Assembly: GCA_002256025.1 (NCBI GenBank)
Contig: NKIB01013776.1
Coordinates: 1-51,762 of the forward strand
DNA from: Asterionella formosa
Lineage: Eukaryota
DNA: 51,762 nucleotides
Direction: 5' to 3'
How positions within the stretch are numbered: position 1 is the stretch's first letter; each line of letters begins with the position of its first letter. Shown here piece by piece: positions 12,909-24,695 of this stretch. A model generated the notes under the pieces. That model was not told where the DNA came from and made no database searches. It saw only the letters and a program-made list of their open reading frames with translations. Position numbers and translations under genes: made by a program.

Positions 12909-13793
12909 TCACATGACGTTTTGTTGTTGGAGTTGCTTCTTAGGTTTGCCATCAACCTTTCCCGTAGAGACCGTTCCGTTACTGTTGTTTGCTTGACTCA
13001 CTGACCCTCGGTCCAAAATAATTTTACAATTTACACGCGTTCCATCGAAAGGAAGTACCAAATGACCGTATGCGGATCTGACGCGGTGTACTTCATCCAC
13101 GAAGTCAGCACGCGGCATGAGGTGTGCGCCCAATTGTCCTTTGTAATCCATGGCCATACCCAAATCCCACATGGAGAACCCATGGTTACATAGCAACTGA
13201 CCCAGCGCTGCCAGTTGCACCGAGCCAGCACTGTCTTCCGCAGAAAAGCCAGTCAAGGAAGTGTATATACTTCCAACGGTATAGCCAAGCTCTCCTGCGG
13301 CTAGTCGTCCTGTATCGGTGTTCCAAACCTCTATGCTGTAAATGCGAACTTTAGCAGATTTGCTGGTGGGGGCGTCCACAACCGCGTCGACGCCGTCAGC
13401 AGCTAAAATGGTGGCAAAGGCAGCTACTAGCGGTGGAAGCAACCAACAGTTATCGTGCTGGGCATGACAGCCTTGGATGACGCCCTCCAGACATGTATTA
13501 ACGGAAAGACAAAATCTCTTGCTCTTTTTCCTGATCGACTTCGAAGTGTGTAAATCGTGGGGTAATGAAATAACGCAACGTTCTTGGTGGAGTTTGGGAA
13601 GCAGGACTCCTTGGGTAGCGATAGGTAGAAAGCCTTCGGCCATTAGCTGGACAATCAAGCAGGGATGAAAGCATGGAGATTGACAATAGTCGCTGTAGTA
13701 CGGTAGAACCATGTGCTTGAGATAGTTTGGTATGTAGCATTGAATGTCGTCTTCACCGGCAGAATCGGACTTTTTGTGGCCATTGGGAGCCAT
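12909..13793 (-). CDS. Leucyl/phenylalanyl-tRNA-protein transferase (Aat) family aminoacyl-transferase
   Basis: Intronless 294-aa ORF. Family motifs: H.SKS.RKK, VI.GC...H..CWL, SIEVW....LAAGELGYTVGSIYTSLTGF, AGSVQLAAL, WDLGM.MDYK..LGA..MPR. Confidence 0.85.
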   Translation of the reverse strand: MAPNGHKKSDSAGEDDIQCYIPNYLKHMVLPYYSDYCQSPCFHPCLIVQLMAEGFLPIATQGVLLPKLHQERCVISLPHDLHTSKSIRKKSKRFCLSVNTCLEGVIQGCHAQHDNCWLLPPLVAAFATILAADGVDAVVDAPTSKSAKVRIYSIEVWNTDTGRLAAGELGYTVGSIYTSLTGFSAEDSAGSVQLAALGQLLCNHGFSMWDLGMAMDYKGQLGAHLMPRADFVDEVHRVRSAYGHLVLPFDGTRVNCKIILDRGSVSQANNSNGTVSTGKVDGKPKKQLQQQNVM

Positions 13794-14089
13794 TTATACC
13801 GGTATTACCTTCTAACTCTTCAGCTGGACAAGCGCTAAGGGTGCGGCAATCGCTGAAAATGTTACTGTAACAGTCCGAAAAAATACAGCTCGTTTGAGTT
13901 TTGTGCTCCTATCGAAGTCAGAGTCTCAACCCTACTGGCGGGTATATCGTTGCCACAAGGCGGAAGAGAAGATAGAAAAGATGTATAGAATGAAAAAGGT
14001 CAAGCTCTCCCTCCTTATGTATGACCGCCAAAACAGACTTCAGATGAGAATTGCTACCGGTAGTACAACACTCAAGGTAATTCAGCTTG

Positions 14090-14530
14090 ACTACATGGTA
14101 CCTGGTACAGGTATGTAGCAGATACGGTAACTGATACGAATACCAGCAGGGTGGGTACCTGGTTTGTACGGATATTCGAGAGTACCTGCGCCTCCCTGTT
14201 AATTCAAGGAATTGCTCATACCCTGGTACCTGGTACCAGGTACCAGGTACCCCGGTACCAGGGTACCTGCAAGTTGCGGTCATTTTGCTTAAACTAACAT
14301 TTTCATCAAGGATAAAGAGAGCTAAATCTTTAGTTTCAGGAAAATTACCGCAACTTGCTCGTACCTGGTACCGGTACCTGGTACCTTCTTCTGCCTTCCT
14401 CGATACTCCGAGTACATTTTATGGACATACAATGCATCCATCCAACTGTGTTCGAGGTACCCTGGTACCTGATACCTTCCCCTGGTACAGTATCTAGACC
14501 GGGACTTGGTAGCAGGTACCAGGTACCTGT
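14090..14530. repeat. GGTACC/CCAGGTACCTGG-rich low-complexity palindromic tract
   Basis: Dense runs such as ccctggtacctggtaccaggtaccaggtaccccggtaccagggtacc (14221-14267). Confidence 0.85.
14269..14358. mobile_element. 90-bp MITE-like element, copy 1
   Basis: Terminal inverted repeats gcaagttgcggt(c/a)atttt(g/c)ct. An inverted homolog lies at 23248-23330. Confidence 0.7.
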
Positions 14531-15319
14531 GTCAATATCTGCATATGATGCTCCATACATGCGCCGTACAAACCATACCGGCGCAGCCACCAGATTAGGT
14601 ACATGCGTGAGTGCTAACAATGATGTACTCGAAACAGCAATAGAATAATCATAACATTGTAGTTCACCTTTATTCATGACAAGGTTCCCCTCAAAAGAAC
14701 TACAATATCTGTTCTCTCTCCCTTGTCTGCACCTGTAATGTTGTGGCTCTTGTCGGCGGTGCAAACCAGCACTGTTTTCGACATGCAACTGTGCAACACT
14801 GCTTGCCTGTTCACTTTCCCTGTCTCTCAGGCCTTCTTCCATCATGGCGACTCCACTCATTTCCACTGTTTTACCATTCACTCATCTGATCTTGATGCCG
14901 ATCGAGGGCAAGCCTACAGCCCTCACTGTAACCCACCTTCGCACAGTAATCTTCGCCAACGCTCGCTCTGTCCACTGTACCAGTGGTGGTGCCTGGGTCA
15001 CTCTCCCTGTTGCCGATTGGGTTCCTTTGGAAAATCGCCTATTCGCTTTTTCTTTGTTAACTAATGTTGTAATTGCCACATGTCGCTTGTTTCCATGAGC
15101 CTCTTTATGGCTTTTTGAAGACATTGAACTACTAGATAATTGTTGTCGTTGTCTTCCTTAAAGTGCGATGATCTTAAAATCAGGTGTTGCTAGCTACAAT
15201 GAAATGAATCATCAGCCACTAAATAAAATATTTTATGCTTATGATACCATAAGACCAACAGTGCTATTTACATTATCATATACAAAATCAGAACCGAGTT
15301 TGAGTAATAGCATATCTTG

Positions 15320-15775
15320 TTTTCAATTATATGATGATACAATCCTAAATATATGATGCTTTACTGTCCTGCTGCAGTAGCAACAGTCATGAAAATATGG
15401 TGTTCTGTTGCTTGCTTACTACTCCGACTACTCTCTTTCAATTTTACGATCATACGATCCTGAAACTATGAAGATTTACTGTCCCCTTGCAGTAGCAACA
15501 GTCATGAACATATGATGTTCTGTAGCTTGCTTACAACTCCGACTATCCTTTTTCAATTTCACGATCACACAATCCTGAAACTATGATGATTTACTGTCCT
15601 GCTGCAGTAGCAGCAGTCATGAACATATGGTGCTCTGTTGCTTGCTTACTACTCCGACTATTCATTTTCAATTTTATGATCATACAATCCTAAAACTATG
15701 ATGATTTACTGTCACACTGCAGTAGCAACAGTCATGAACATATGGTGTTCTGTTGCTTGCTTACTACTCTGACTA
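15320..15775. repeat. 115-bp tandem repeat, ~4 copies
   Basis: The unit anchor atga.g.tttactgtc occurs at 15353, 15468, 15583 and 15698, an exact 115-bp period. Confidence 0.95.
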
Positions 15776-16533
15776 CCCCCAGTATATCACTTCCTACCTA
15801 CTACTGGTACTCTGTAGCTATATATATGATGAATTGTTATTGTCATATGATGTACTGGTACACATGAAGAACTCCCGCCCAAAAAAGGGGCTTAAACAAT
15901 TTGCTACCAAAATCCTTGCGTAAAAATAATGATACAAATGGGTTATGACTTAGTACAACAATTGAATGGTCTAAATAATTAGATCCAACGGACATAGAAA
16001 ATATTGATGCAAAACAAATTTCAGAAACAGTAGCGGTACACGAAGTCGTGGAAAACAATGGACATATCGTGCATTAAATATTTTCGAATTATCTATATGC
16101 GAATATGATCATCTCAACAATACCAGATGTTCCATATTGACAGTGCCTTTGATTTTTATAAATTTACAACACTTGATATATTTATATATTTGCAAATTTT
16201 ATAACTATATACATCGCAAATATATTGAAATCGTTCTGTCATGTTAACAAACAATGCCTGCTTCGTGAAAAGAAATATCGTAACAGAGCACATGACAAGA
16301 AAGGAAAGTTTACACAATAACGATAAACATTGTGGCTTCGACACCACATTGCGCCTTCGAAGGATGGAGTATGTTTAAGGTAATGAAGCCATCAATGTGG
16401 TACTTGGATGACAATTGTTGGGAGGCAGGACAACAACAAATTGTAAACTAAACACAAATTTCCTTTTTTCTCAGTTGATTCAACAGCTCGTTTCGCTTGT
16501 TAGGGAGCACCAATGTAAAAACAAAACAAAATT

Positions 16534-16601
16534 GGTAAGTGCTCTTGTCGTCGGACCTATTCACTTCGGTAAGTGCTCTTGTCGTCGGACCTATTCACTT
16601 C
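16534..16601. repeat. Perfect 34-bp tandem duplication
   Basis: ggtaagtgctcttgtcgtcggacctattcacttc x2. Confidence 0.95.
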
Positions 16602-17104
16602 TGATGGAACATAACTGACGGACACGCCACGTTTACCTTCTCTCAAAGTTAAGCTAACGAAAATGAATCGGTAAGTTTTATTCGACAACATTGGAAACCT
16701 GAAACTTACTTATTCAAGAATTTACTGACAATTTACTATACAGACTTATGCATGACTTGCTTTGATTTGTGGTAAGTGAAGCAAGCAAGAGGATACGATG
16801 GAATGGCGTGATGTTGTGTCAGTGTAACATATCTAGCTAACAAGTCATTCCTTCTCATTGTTACTGTAACTGCATATGACAATAAAACCGATCAAACAAC
16901 GGAATAGTCGGCGAGTTCAGAATGACACTAACAGCAGGGAGGGAGACGCAACATTAGTAAGGCATTGCTTGGCACAAGATTCAGAATAGAGGAAGAAAAA
17001 GACGAGACAGGAATATACATTGAGACAAGTGGAGAATAGAGAAACATTCCTCAGGTAGCTGTCGAAACAGAAATATCATTGTTAAATTTGATAATTAAAT
17101 TACA

Positions 17105-17361
17105 ATCCATTTCAATCTATTTTGAACACTGCTTGTGATTAGAATTATGATCATTTTTAAGATAGATTTATGATGAAACAATTGACATGATAGCCGAGTG
17201 GAGAGAGAAATGTTGGGTCGCTGGCATGTAGAATAATAGATAGCATTGCTTAATTGGATAGTTTAATAACGATCCATTTCAATCTATTTTGAACAATGCT
17301 TGTGATTAGAATTATGATCATGTTTACAATAGATTTACGATGAAACAATTGAAATAATAGC
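17105..17361. repeat. ~90-bp direct repeat at 167-bp spacing
   Basis: atccatttcaatctattttgaaca.tgcttgtgattagaattatgatcat... at 17105 and 17272. Confidence 0.85.
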
Positions 17362-18148
17362 ATAGAGTTGAGCTGATTTTAGGATGCGTTGTAGTAATAA
17401 TTTACATCGGGCAATCACGAGAATTGAAAATAATATGAGAAGGCTTATGATATTGATGAGAAATGTTGTTGATCAGTTGATATACATTGTGTGATGATAA
17501 TGTTCTTATTATCATTATACTTCAAGGTCGGTAAAATATTAATAAATCATCATAGTTATAGGATACCTTGATCATAGTTTTGATCCAAAAATTATCATAT
17601 ATACGAAAATCCTGTGCCACTTAGCATACAATACCCTTGATCCTATATGCATGATACTTTTTATTTGCAGACGCATGTAGAATGTCATCAAATGAATGTT
17701 AAGTTGTCTGTACCACGACTAGGTAGTGATTTAGGTCTTATGCTAATTTAATTCTTCCAAACACGAAGGCATGTCGGCAAATGGCCAAACAAGAAAATGA
17801 CAATGACAAGCAAAGAAGTAAAAGGAAATCTGTGCTTACTTTGCTTTATTCTCTCCAAAATCAACATAGTTCTCGTTTTCTGGCCAAAGTGATAAAAAAT
17901 AACCGATAATTGATGGTCCTAAAGCTCTTAGGATTTTAAGATGCAAATGCCAGTATCATCACACTAATCACCAGTTCCAGATATAACTAGCTAATAAAAT
18001 ATCTATGGCTGTAATCACGCTCAGGGTAGCCAAGGTAGCCCTTGCAGGCACTGTAATATAAATGAAAAAGCCTTGACCATGACAAAATATCCATTTTCTC
18101 CACACAAAGTAAGAGCAACGCTTTCCTATTTGGTACATCAATCACTAC

Positions 18149-18310
18149 GGGGGCATGGCTTAGTGGTTAGCACGCCTTTTGAGGTAGTGGGTTAGAGTCC
18201 TGGATTATTGTCCTGTCTTTTTTCATCTTGTTCCTAGGGTTCCAGGGGGTGTGGCCGAAGAAAAAGGCAGCTCCGTTTTGTCCATTGAAGACAAATAAAT
18301 CCAGTACTAA
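18149..18310 (+). mobile_element. tRNA-derived SINE-like element, family A, copy 2 (more diverged)
   Basis: gcttagtggttagcac head, degenerate B-box gggttagagtcc, and a tail (ttgt.cctagg.ttcc.gggggtg.ggc...aaataaa) aligning with 7139-7298. Confidence 0.65.
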
Positions 18311-19329
18311 TCCCTGCATTGCAACACCCGATACAGGATTGGTGAGTATCACCATGGTTGGCAATGCCAGGTACCCTACCAGCAATAAAATGGTCTTGAA
18401 TTGCTTGATGAATTAAGTTAAATTTTTTCGTATATCATTCACGACATCATAGAGAATACATTCATAAAGAATTATTTTGAAACACTAATATCGACAACAA
18501 AAATCGAAGTCACAAATCGCGCCATTTTTAATGTAATTTGACGAGACACAATTCAAAACGACGATGTTATGAACAGATTTGTTACAAACTATTTCAAGAA
18601 GTGAATTGATGTCACTATGTATGATGAATATAAGCGCCTGACCAACATCGAATACTGGTATGGTAGTCCATTTCCGTAAAATGGCCGTAACTTGCTGGCA
18701 TCAACCTTAAGTCTATGACCGGTGTGTATTAATGATCCACCGGATACCGGCAATGGGTGGTAAATTAGCCGAAATGACGATTTGGACATGCGAATATTCA
18801 CGCCTACTGATCCAATACTAAAATAAATAGTTGTCCTCTCTAGCTCGGACAACAGTTATCTTTCAGTTGTGGTGGCATGGTCATTGAGAATTATATTATG
18901 CCGGAATTCGATTTGGCAGGTACTATTTTAGGGTGAAGCTCATTCCCCCTATCGAAAAAAGTGAAGTTTTACTGGAGAGCTAGATTTCATTAGGTTCAGC
19001 AGATGCGCGCTCAGAGCGATCATAGAATACTGACATGATGTTTACCACCCCCAGCCGATGAGTCGACATATGCATGGAGGTACAGGAAACTCCATGTGGA
19101 AAATTCCCCTTTCTGTATCGTGCTCAGACCTCGCTGTTAAGTCGCGCGTTCTTCTGCGAAGTTCATGTACACCTTGAAAAGCTCACGTGACTATCATGTC
19201 ATCAAAGCTAATTTGTGATCTGAGAAGGCATTAAACATCCAGGGGCAATATGAACATTGCTTACAATACATGGCAAGAAATCATATATCTGTCAGTATCA
19301 CACTGAGAGAGTTCGAACGAAAAGACCTT

Positions 19330-19493
19330 AAAAGACCGCAAAAGAATGCGAAGTTCGCAAAAGACCTCAAAAACACGGAGACGAACGCGCAAAAACCGCA
19401 AAACAGGAAAACCCTAATAAGCGACGTTTTTCTGCGTTCGTCTCCGGGTTTCTGTGGTCTTTTGCGAACTTCGCGATCTTTTGCGTTCCTTTT
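19330..19493. repeat. Foldback (long imperfect inverted repeat), MITE-like
   Basis: The left arm gcgaagttcgcaaaagacc.ca.aaac.cggagacgaacgc is the reverse complement of the right arm, ~60 bp per arm with a ~30-nt spacer. Confidence 0.85.
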
Positions 19494-20974
19494 GGAAAAC
19501 GTGTTACAAGGAAGGTCGATTTTAGATAAAACACAGTTTTTGTATTGTTTTGAAATGACAAAAAATGTACAGGAATAAATATAGCAGTATGTCTATGTAG
19601 AATATATGTACTGGTAGTCCCTGCCTACATTCCTGAATACATATTTACTAAAATATGTAAACTGGTGAACTAATTCAATATACCCGTAAAAGCTGGTGAC
19701 TTGTATTCCCCCATATACCTGTACCCCCCTTTGTACATCTGGCGCAATACTCCAAAATATTTTATGTCTACAGAAAAATTACCTGAATATTATTGTATTC
19801 TAGTTATTTGATAATAGATTTATGCTATAACTGAATTCTTACCGGTCACCATCATGAAACAACAATCAACAAGAACTTGAGCGGTGCCAAGCAATGACAT
19901 TTGCGATGGCGATATCGTTGGCCTCAGATCTATTTCAGCAGTCGAAGCTGCAAGTTGCAAGCTTGTCATGGCGCAATTATCAAGTTGAATGCTACAGGCA
20001 GGCTCAGACAGTGCTGGCCTTGATGTGTTCGGCTTGCCGGAAGCGTTCATAGAATCATTTCGTATCTCCTGCATGTCATGATTCTGGTCAAACATCACAA
20101 AAGTGATGTGATTGGCTTGTCTCAATTTCTATCACGGTCCAAGTCGAAGAACCTTCACAAATTAATACCATTTTAGGATCACGCACAAACATGTACACAA
20201 TCTAGGAATTACTATTGATGCCACCACGAAAATCGGGCGTGCCAGCGCACCAAAACTAGAAATTATATTGATCATAGATACCATTTGGGCCTACAACAAT
20301 ATATCTTTAATGTTGCTTTTCACATTTTAGACTTCTGAGAAAATGGTGGTGAATTTGGTTTGCTCATAATGCTTGGCGATCAAAAAAGGAATTGTCCATC
20401 TCATCAAAATTAATGTCAGATACTTTACAACAAAGGTTCCTCTCTGCAGACAAAGGATCCAATGGGCAATGTGCTCAAGTGGTTTCATATTGAGATGCAA
20501 GCAATATTAGTTGCAGAGCAACTGATGGTTCCTTGCAAGTCTTTACATTTAACCTAATAAAATCTGAGGATTCTTCTGATGGAGTTGCAAAAGATATTTC
20601 GCACTCTGTGACGAAGTCCCTTGCATTACCAGAAAGTTTTCACTTCAATGGGTCAGCTCCTGACTGTGGAGGTGGAGGGACAGAAGAGTCATAGGCAAAA
20701 AGCTAGAAGAAATTGAACCTTACTGCACTTTGTTTTACCTTGTTGGCACATGCACTCTACACCTGCTTCAACTAGAGATACCAGCTCGGCTCCGCCTCGC
20801 CCAACGAAGGGAGCTCATGGAGGGGCGCCATCAACGAGGTTGATATTGATCCACTTGATTATCTATTTACCTCTCGTGTCAGCAATGGCACAAGTGCGAT
20901 TATTAGCTAAGTATTAACGTTTTATAAAATTTGAGTTACAGACATACTCTTGCAAAGTGCCCCATATGCTGGCA

Positions 20975-21181
20975 TTAAAAACACTTGATAGTTTTTCGTT
21001 TCTCTTTCTTCTCAGTAGTTAGCTCTTTCGTTTCGCTGGTATCGCCCTTACTGTGGCAATCACTGGCCTCGTGGCCATGGTACTTGCCACATTTCCTACA
21101 ATCTTGGCTTCTTTGAACTTTCCATGAAATACAAGGCTTGCTCTCTTTTCTTTTTCGTCTTGCCGTGCCAATATCTTGCAA
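20975..21181 (-). pseudogene. Gag-like zinc-knuckle remnant
   Basis: CRKCGKYHGHEASDC (Cx2C...Hx4C) at 21056-21100 in a basic context. The short ORF is bounded by stops. Confidence 0.4.
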
Positions 21182-22667
21182 TCCCTCTAAGTAAAATCAA
21201 TTGTGGCTGGCCGTGTACATTGAGGGGTACAAGACACCAGATTTTACGGTGTATGATTGTTGATTATTCGACAAGCATTCATGTTCTTCTTGGAACATGA
21301 TGTTTGCCGGTACCAGTCGTCATACTGACACCATCATAACAATGATGAAACGCCTAGTATTGTAAACATGTAAGTCACGAATTATAAATCAATTTTTGTT
21401 TTCAGTTACTGATGTTGTACTTAATGTATATTTGACGCACGACTGCTACTATGTAGGAACAACTGAGATTTTGATCCAGCAAGAAATCATGGAGATATTG
21501 TCACTGCAGTCAAGCGCCGTTTTGCATCCACAGATATTCTATTTTAGTTATTTCGCAATGAATATCAAACAAGTCATGTCAACAATTGTTTCACTACGCA
21601 CTAGCGACACGTGTACTCTATCTAAAAAACAAATAAAATTGTTAAGCCGTTATCAAAATTAAAAATCATTTGTTTATCATACTGCTCTGCTCAATGGTAA
21701 TGGGAAATTTCTCATGTTCAATTTATGATTGTATAAATACGCATACATATAGACCATGCATGTTTTGTACCGGCATGTTCAAATGATGCATATGCACTAC
21801 AGCCGTTTGGACTTTAGTACATTCATAGTATGAACTGCATATCGATGAGGAGATTTCTGGAATAAGGAATCCTGAAACTCAGAATTGAGATTGGGGGGAA
21901 AACCCCAATCTTAGCAAGCTTTGGAAACTTGTGTTATCAGAAAATCATTTTTTAAAATAAGGCTTTGATAAAATTGAATTTAACGGAACATCGCGAAACT
22001 GTTAGGAATTCCTAAATGTCGAATTAATACTACCAGAGGAGTCGAATTTGAGTGCCTGTTGGCGCCAAATTTCAGTTTCGGCAAAATAACTGCAACTGGT
22101 GTGGACGATCTAGATTACCTGCAGGTTGGGGTAATTTTTCTATATCTAGTTCCATGTCCAACGACTTCGTAATGGCAATAATGATTCCAAATTCCAAATT
22201 GATATGTCTCAACAACCTGGCCTGCTTGTTGTTCCAATATATTTTTAGCTTTAATCTGATTTCATTTGCTTCCATTGTTTTTTTATATTGTAAGACCATT
22301 TTGCTTAAAGTAGCAATTTTGCCTATTTTGACGTCATCCTTTTAACGCAACTGCTGCGACACCCACCTACGACCTATGTAATACTGTAGCTAACTATACT
22401 GTTTACCAGTAAACATATGTACCGGTATGATGAAGTCAACAAGCAATTCCCGCTCCAGTTATCGTCTTGCCGTTCGGGTCTTTCTAAGTATTTTTAGGTT
22501 TTAAGTAATTAGTTAAATGGGGCAATATGGGGCACATCGAATTTTTCGGCAATAAAATTACCGATTTTAGCAAGACAGCCATAATAATTATAAACGTTGG
22601 TTTTTTCAGTTGGTCAAAGAACACCACGGAGAATGGAAAATTTGTGGGCAGTAGGTAAGCGAATGAC

Positions 22668-22899
22668 GCGACAATAGCTAGAGCGGGAATTGCCTCAACA
22701 CTACCCTTCTCGGCGGCTACTTGCCTTCTCGTATAACATGTGTACTCGGAATTGGCTGGGATGGCACTCGTAGGGTGACCTTCTCGCAGTGCCACTCTTA
22801 CGGTCAGCCTACCCGCGCCACCCAGCCTCAAACACATGTATACTCGTAGGCGAGAGACCGCCTCGGGCGTGTTATATGGCCTTCAGCAATTGTTATCGC
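22668..22899. other. ~230-nt GC-rich rod-like imperfect hairpin (candidate structured RNA or old foldback element)
   Basis: Nested complementary blocks: ggcgg/ccgcc, cttgcct/aggcgag, gtata(a)catgtgt/acacatgtatac, ggctggg/cccagcc, tggc/gcca, gtagg-tgacc/ggtca-cctac. Loop at 22781-22801. Confidence 0.7.
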
Positions 22900-23247
22900 A
22901 TATCGCTATATACTATATAGCTTTGTATGGATGGATTCATGCACAGGCAACTTGCTGGTACCGTTAGGTCCATTCTGGTTGCTTACCGGTGTTGTATCAA
23001 CTTATTTGAAACCGTATGTGTCCTCACATCTTCCTGCTCTTTTCCTAGGGATTCCTCGTTATTCATACATGAGGACAATTTATGTCCGAAGTGCACTTAC
23101 CCTTTGCCCTGCTTTGTCCTAATGCAAAATTACCATATATAAATTATGATACCGGTACGTCTAATGATATTTATATCCATCTATTCCCTCGTCAAATGTT
23201 GTTACACATACGGATATATGGGGACCAGTTACCTGGTACCAAGTCCC

Positions 23248-23330
23248 GCAAGTTGCGGTAATTTTGCTGAACTAAGGATCTAGCTGTTTTTATCCCATAT
23301 CGAATTGTTTATTTAAGCAAAATGACCGCA
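23248..23330. mobile_element. MITE-like element, copy 2 (inverted relative to 14269-14358)
   Basis: gcaagttgcggtaattttgctgaactaa...ttaagcaaaatgaccgca matches the reverse complement of copy 1. Confidence 0.7.
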
Positions 23331-23507
23331 TCTCATTGTTGTACCTTCAACCAGCGGTCATTTTCCTGAAACGGACAACATGTTACCGGTCATCGACATA
23401 TTTTATAAGGTATAAAGAACATCTTCTATTCATAGCACGATTCAGCGAAATAAATAGCGGAATTCTTCTAATTGCAAAAACGAGAACAAACCGCATATGA
23501 CTATGAC

Positions 23508-23660
23508 ATTCAGGAAGCATTATGACTTTCGGGAAATTCATATAAATTTCAGGAAATGACTTTGGCTTTCAGGAAAACTTTAGGAAACTTCAGGAAATGT
23601 CAGGAAACATAAGAAAATGCGTAAGGAAATTTTCAGGAAATGCATGGAATTTCCTGAAGT
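23508..23660. repeat. Cluster of ~10 short TTCAGGAAA-like repeats (transposon subterminal-like)
   Basis: Repeated ttcaggaaa/ttcgggaaa/ttaggaaa, plus one inverted tttcctgaa. Confidence 0.7.
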
Positions 23661-23814
23661 CTCCAAATTTAGTTTTTTCTGGCCAAAGTGAAAAAACACA
23701 TATCCTTCGATCTGGATTTTAAGTACCGTACAAGATTCCCTGCTGGTAATAGTTAGGATCATTTTTGAAATACCCGTAGTGGTGTTACTAACTAATATAT
23801 ATATACCGGCATAT

Positions 23815-24695
23815 GTAGTCTTGCTGCCACCCATATGTCGATCAAGGGCGGCAGTGATTTGATGGCTGGAAGATGGATGATTGCAAGTTGCACTGGTATG
23901 TTCAGGGTGTTTGGTGAGACCATGAGTCCAACAATAGCCTAATTGAACATTGTTGTAAATGTATCCAGAAGGGACAGCACGAGCAGCTGCAGCAATACCT
24001 GGTATTGGGGGAGGGCTACTGGTTTGAATGGCAGCATGGGCACCATGATAACTGGCGATGGTGGCGGTGGCAAGGCGCAATCGTTCCTTATCAGCATGCA
24101 TGAAATGAGGGCATAAATTAACCCATGTACAGTCCATCTCAGCGCAATCACACCAAGTTTGAATACTATGAGAATATACACCAGCCTGTTCTAAAGCAGA
24201 AAGAGTCAACCGCATGACAGTACTGTCAGATAAAGGCTCCCCACCAGAATCGGCAATGGCACAAAGATGCTTGATGCGCATCAATAAATGTTCAATAGGT
24301 TCCTCTGGTGTCCAAGCATCAGCCAAGCGCATGCGATTAAGTTCTAAATCATCCGCACTCAACGTTGCATATTTAGATTCTAAGTGAGCAAGCAAGGTCA
24401 TAACAGTGATGTCTACATATCCAAAGGTAGCATCTTCCAGAACGTTGTAGTAAGTAGGGTCAATGGCTGTTAGAATTTGTTGCCGGGGAATTTCACGGAT
24501 TTGGGAGTAACAGCGGAATGTGTCAAGGCAGGTGTCAAAGAGACGGTTGGCAGCAGTGATTTGGGACTTTGTGGCAGTACCACTGTGTGGCGGCTGGGTG
24601 CCGGGATGTTCGGGCGGTAAAAATGGTTCACCAGCACGTAAGAGATAAGTAGCAGCAGCCATGACAATACCAAGGAAACCATTGGCACCAGACAA
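23815..24695 (-). mobile_element. gag: Ty1/copia gag of diatom (CoDi-like) type, without pol or LTRs
   Basis: Motifs G..GFLG.V, P.HPG, QQIL.AID..Y...L.D...GY..., L.HL...Y, W.P.EPIE, TW.N...HF, and the C-terminal YCWTHG...H.S.TC...H...A....MGGS. After MGGS the ORF runs on into unrelated repeat DNA. Confidence 0.85.

Noticed and set aside
14345..15124. Two in-frame minus-strand ORFs separated by one stop
   Set aside because: May be a pseudogene, but there is no identifiable domain and the 3' half runs into low-complexity GGTACC DNA.
19054..19100. Hammerhead ribozyme (ccgatgag...gaaac)
   Set aside because: The core is CCGATGA rather than CTGANGA, and stems I-III cannot be formed consistently.
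22484..22837. 117-aa ORF over the rod hairpin
   Set aside because: No recognisable motifs; likely a by-product of the GC-rich foldback.
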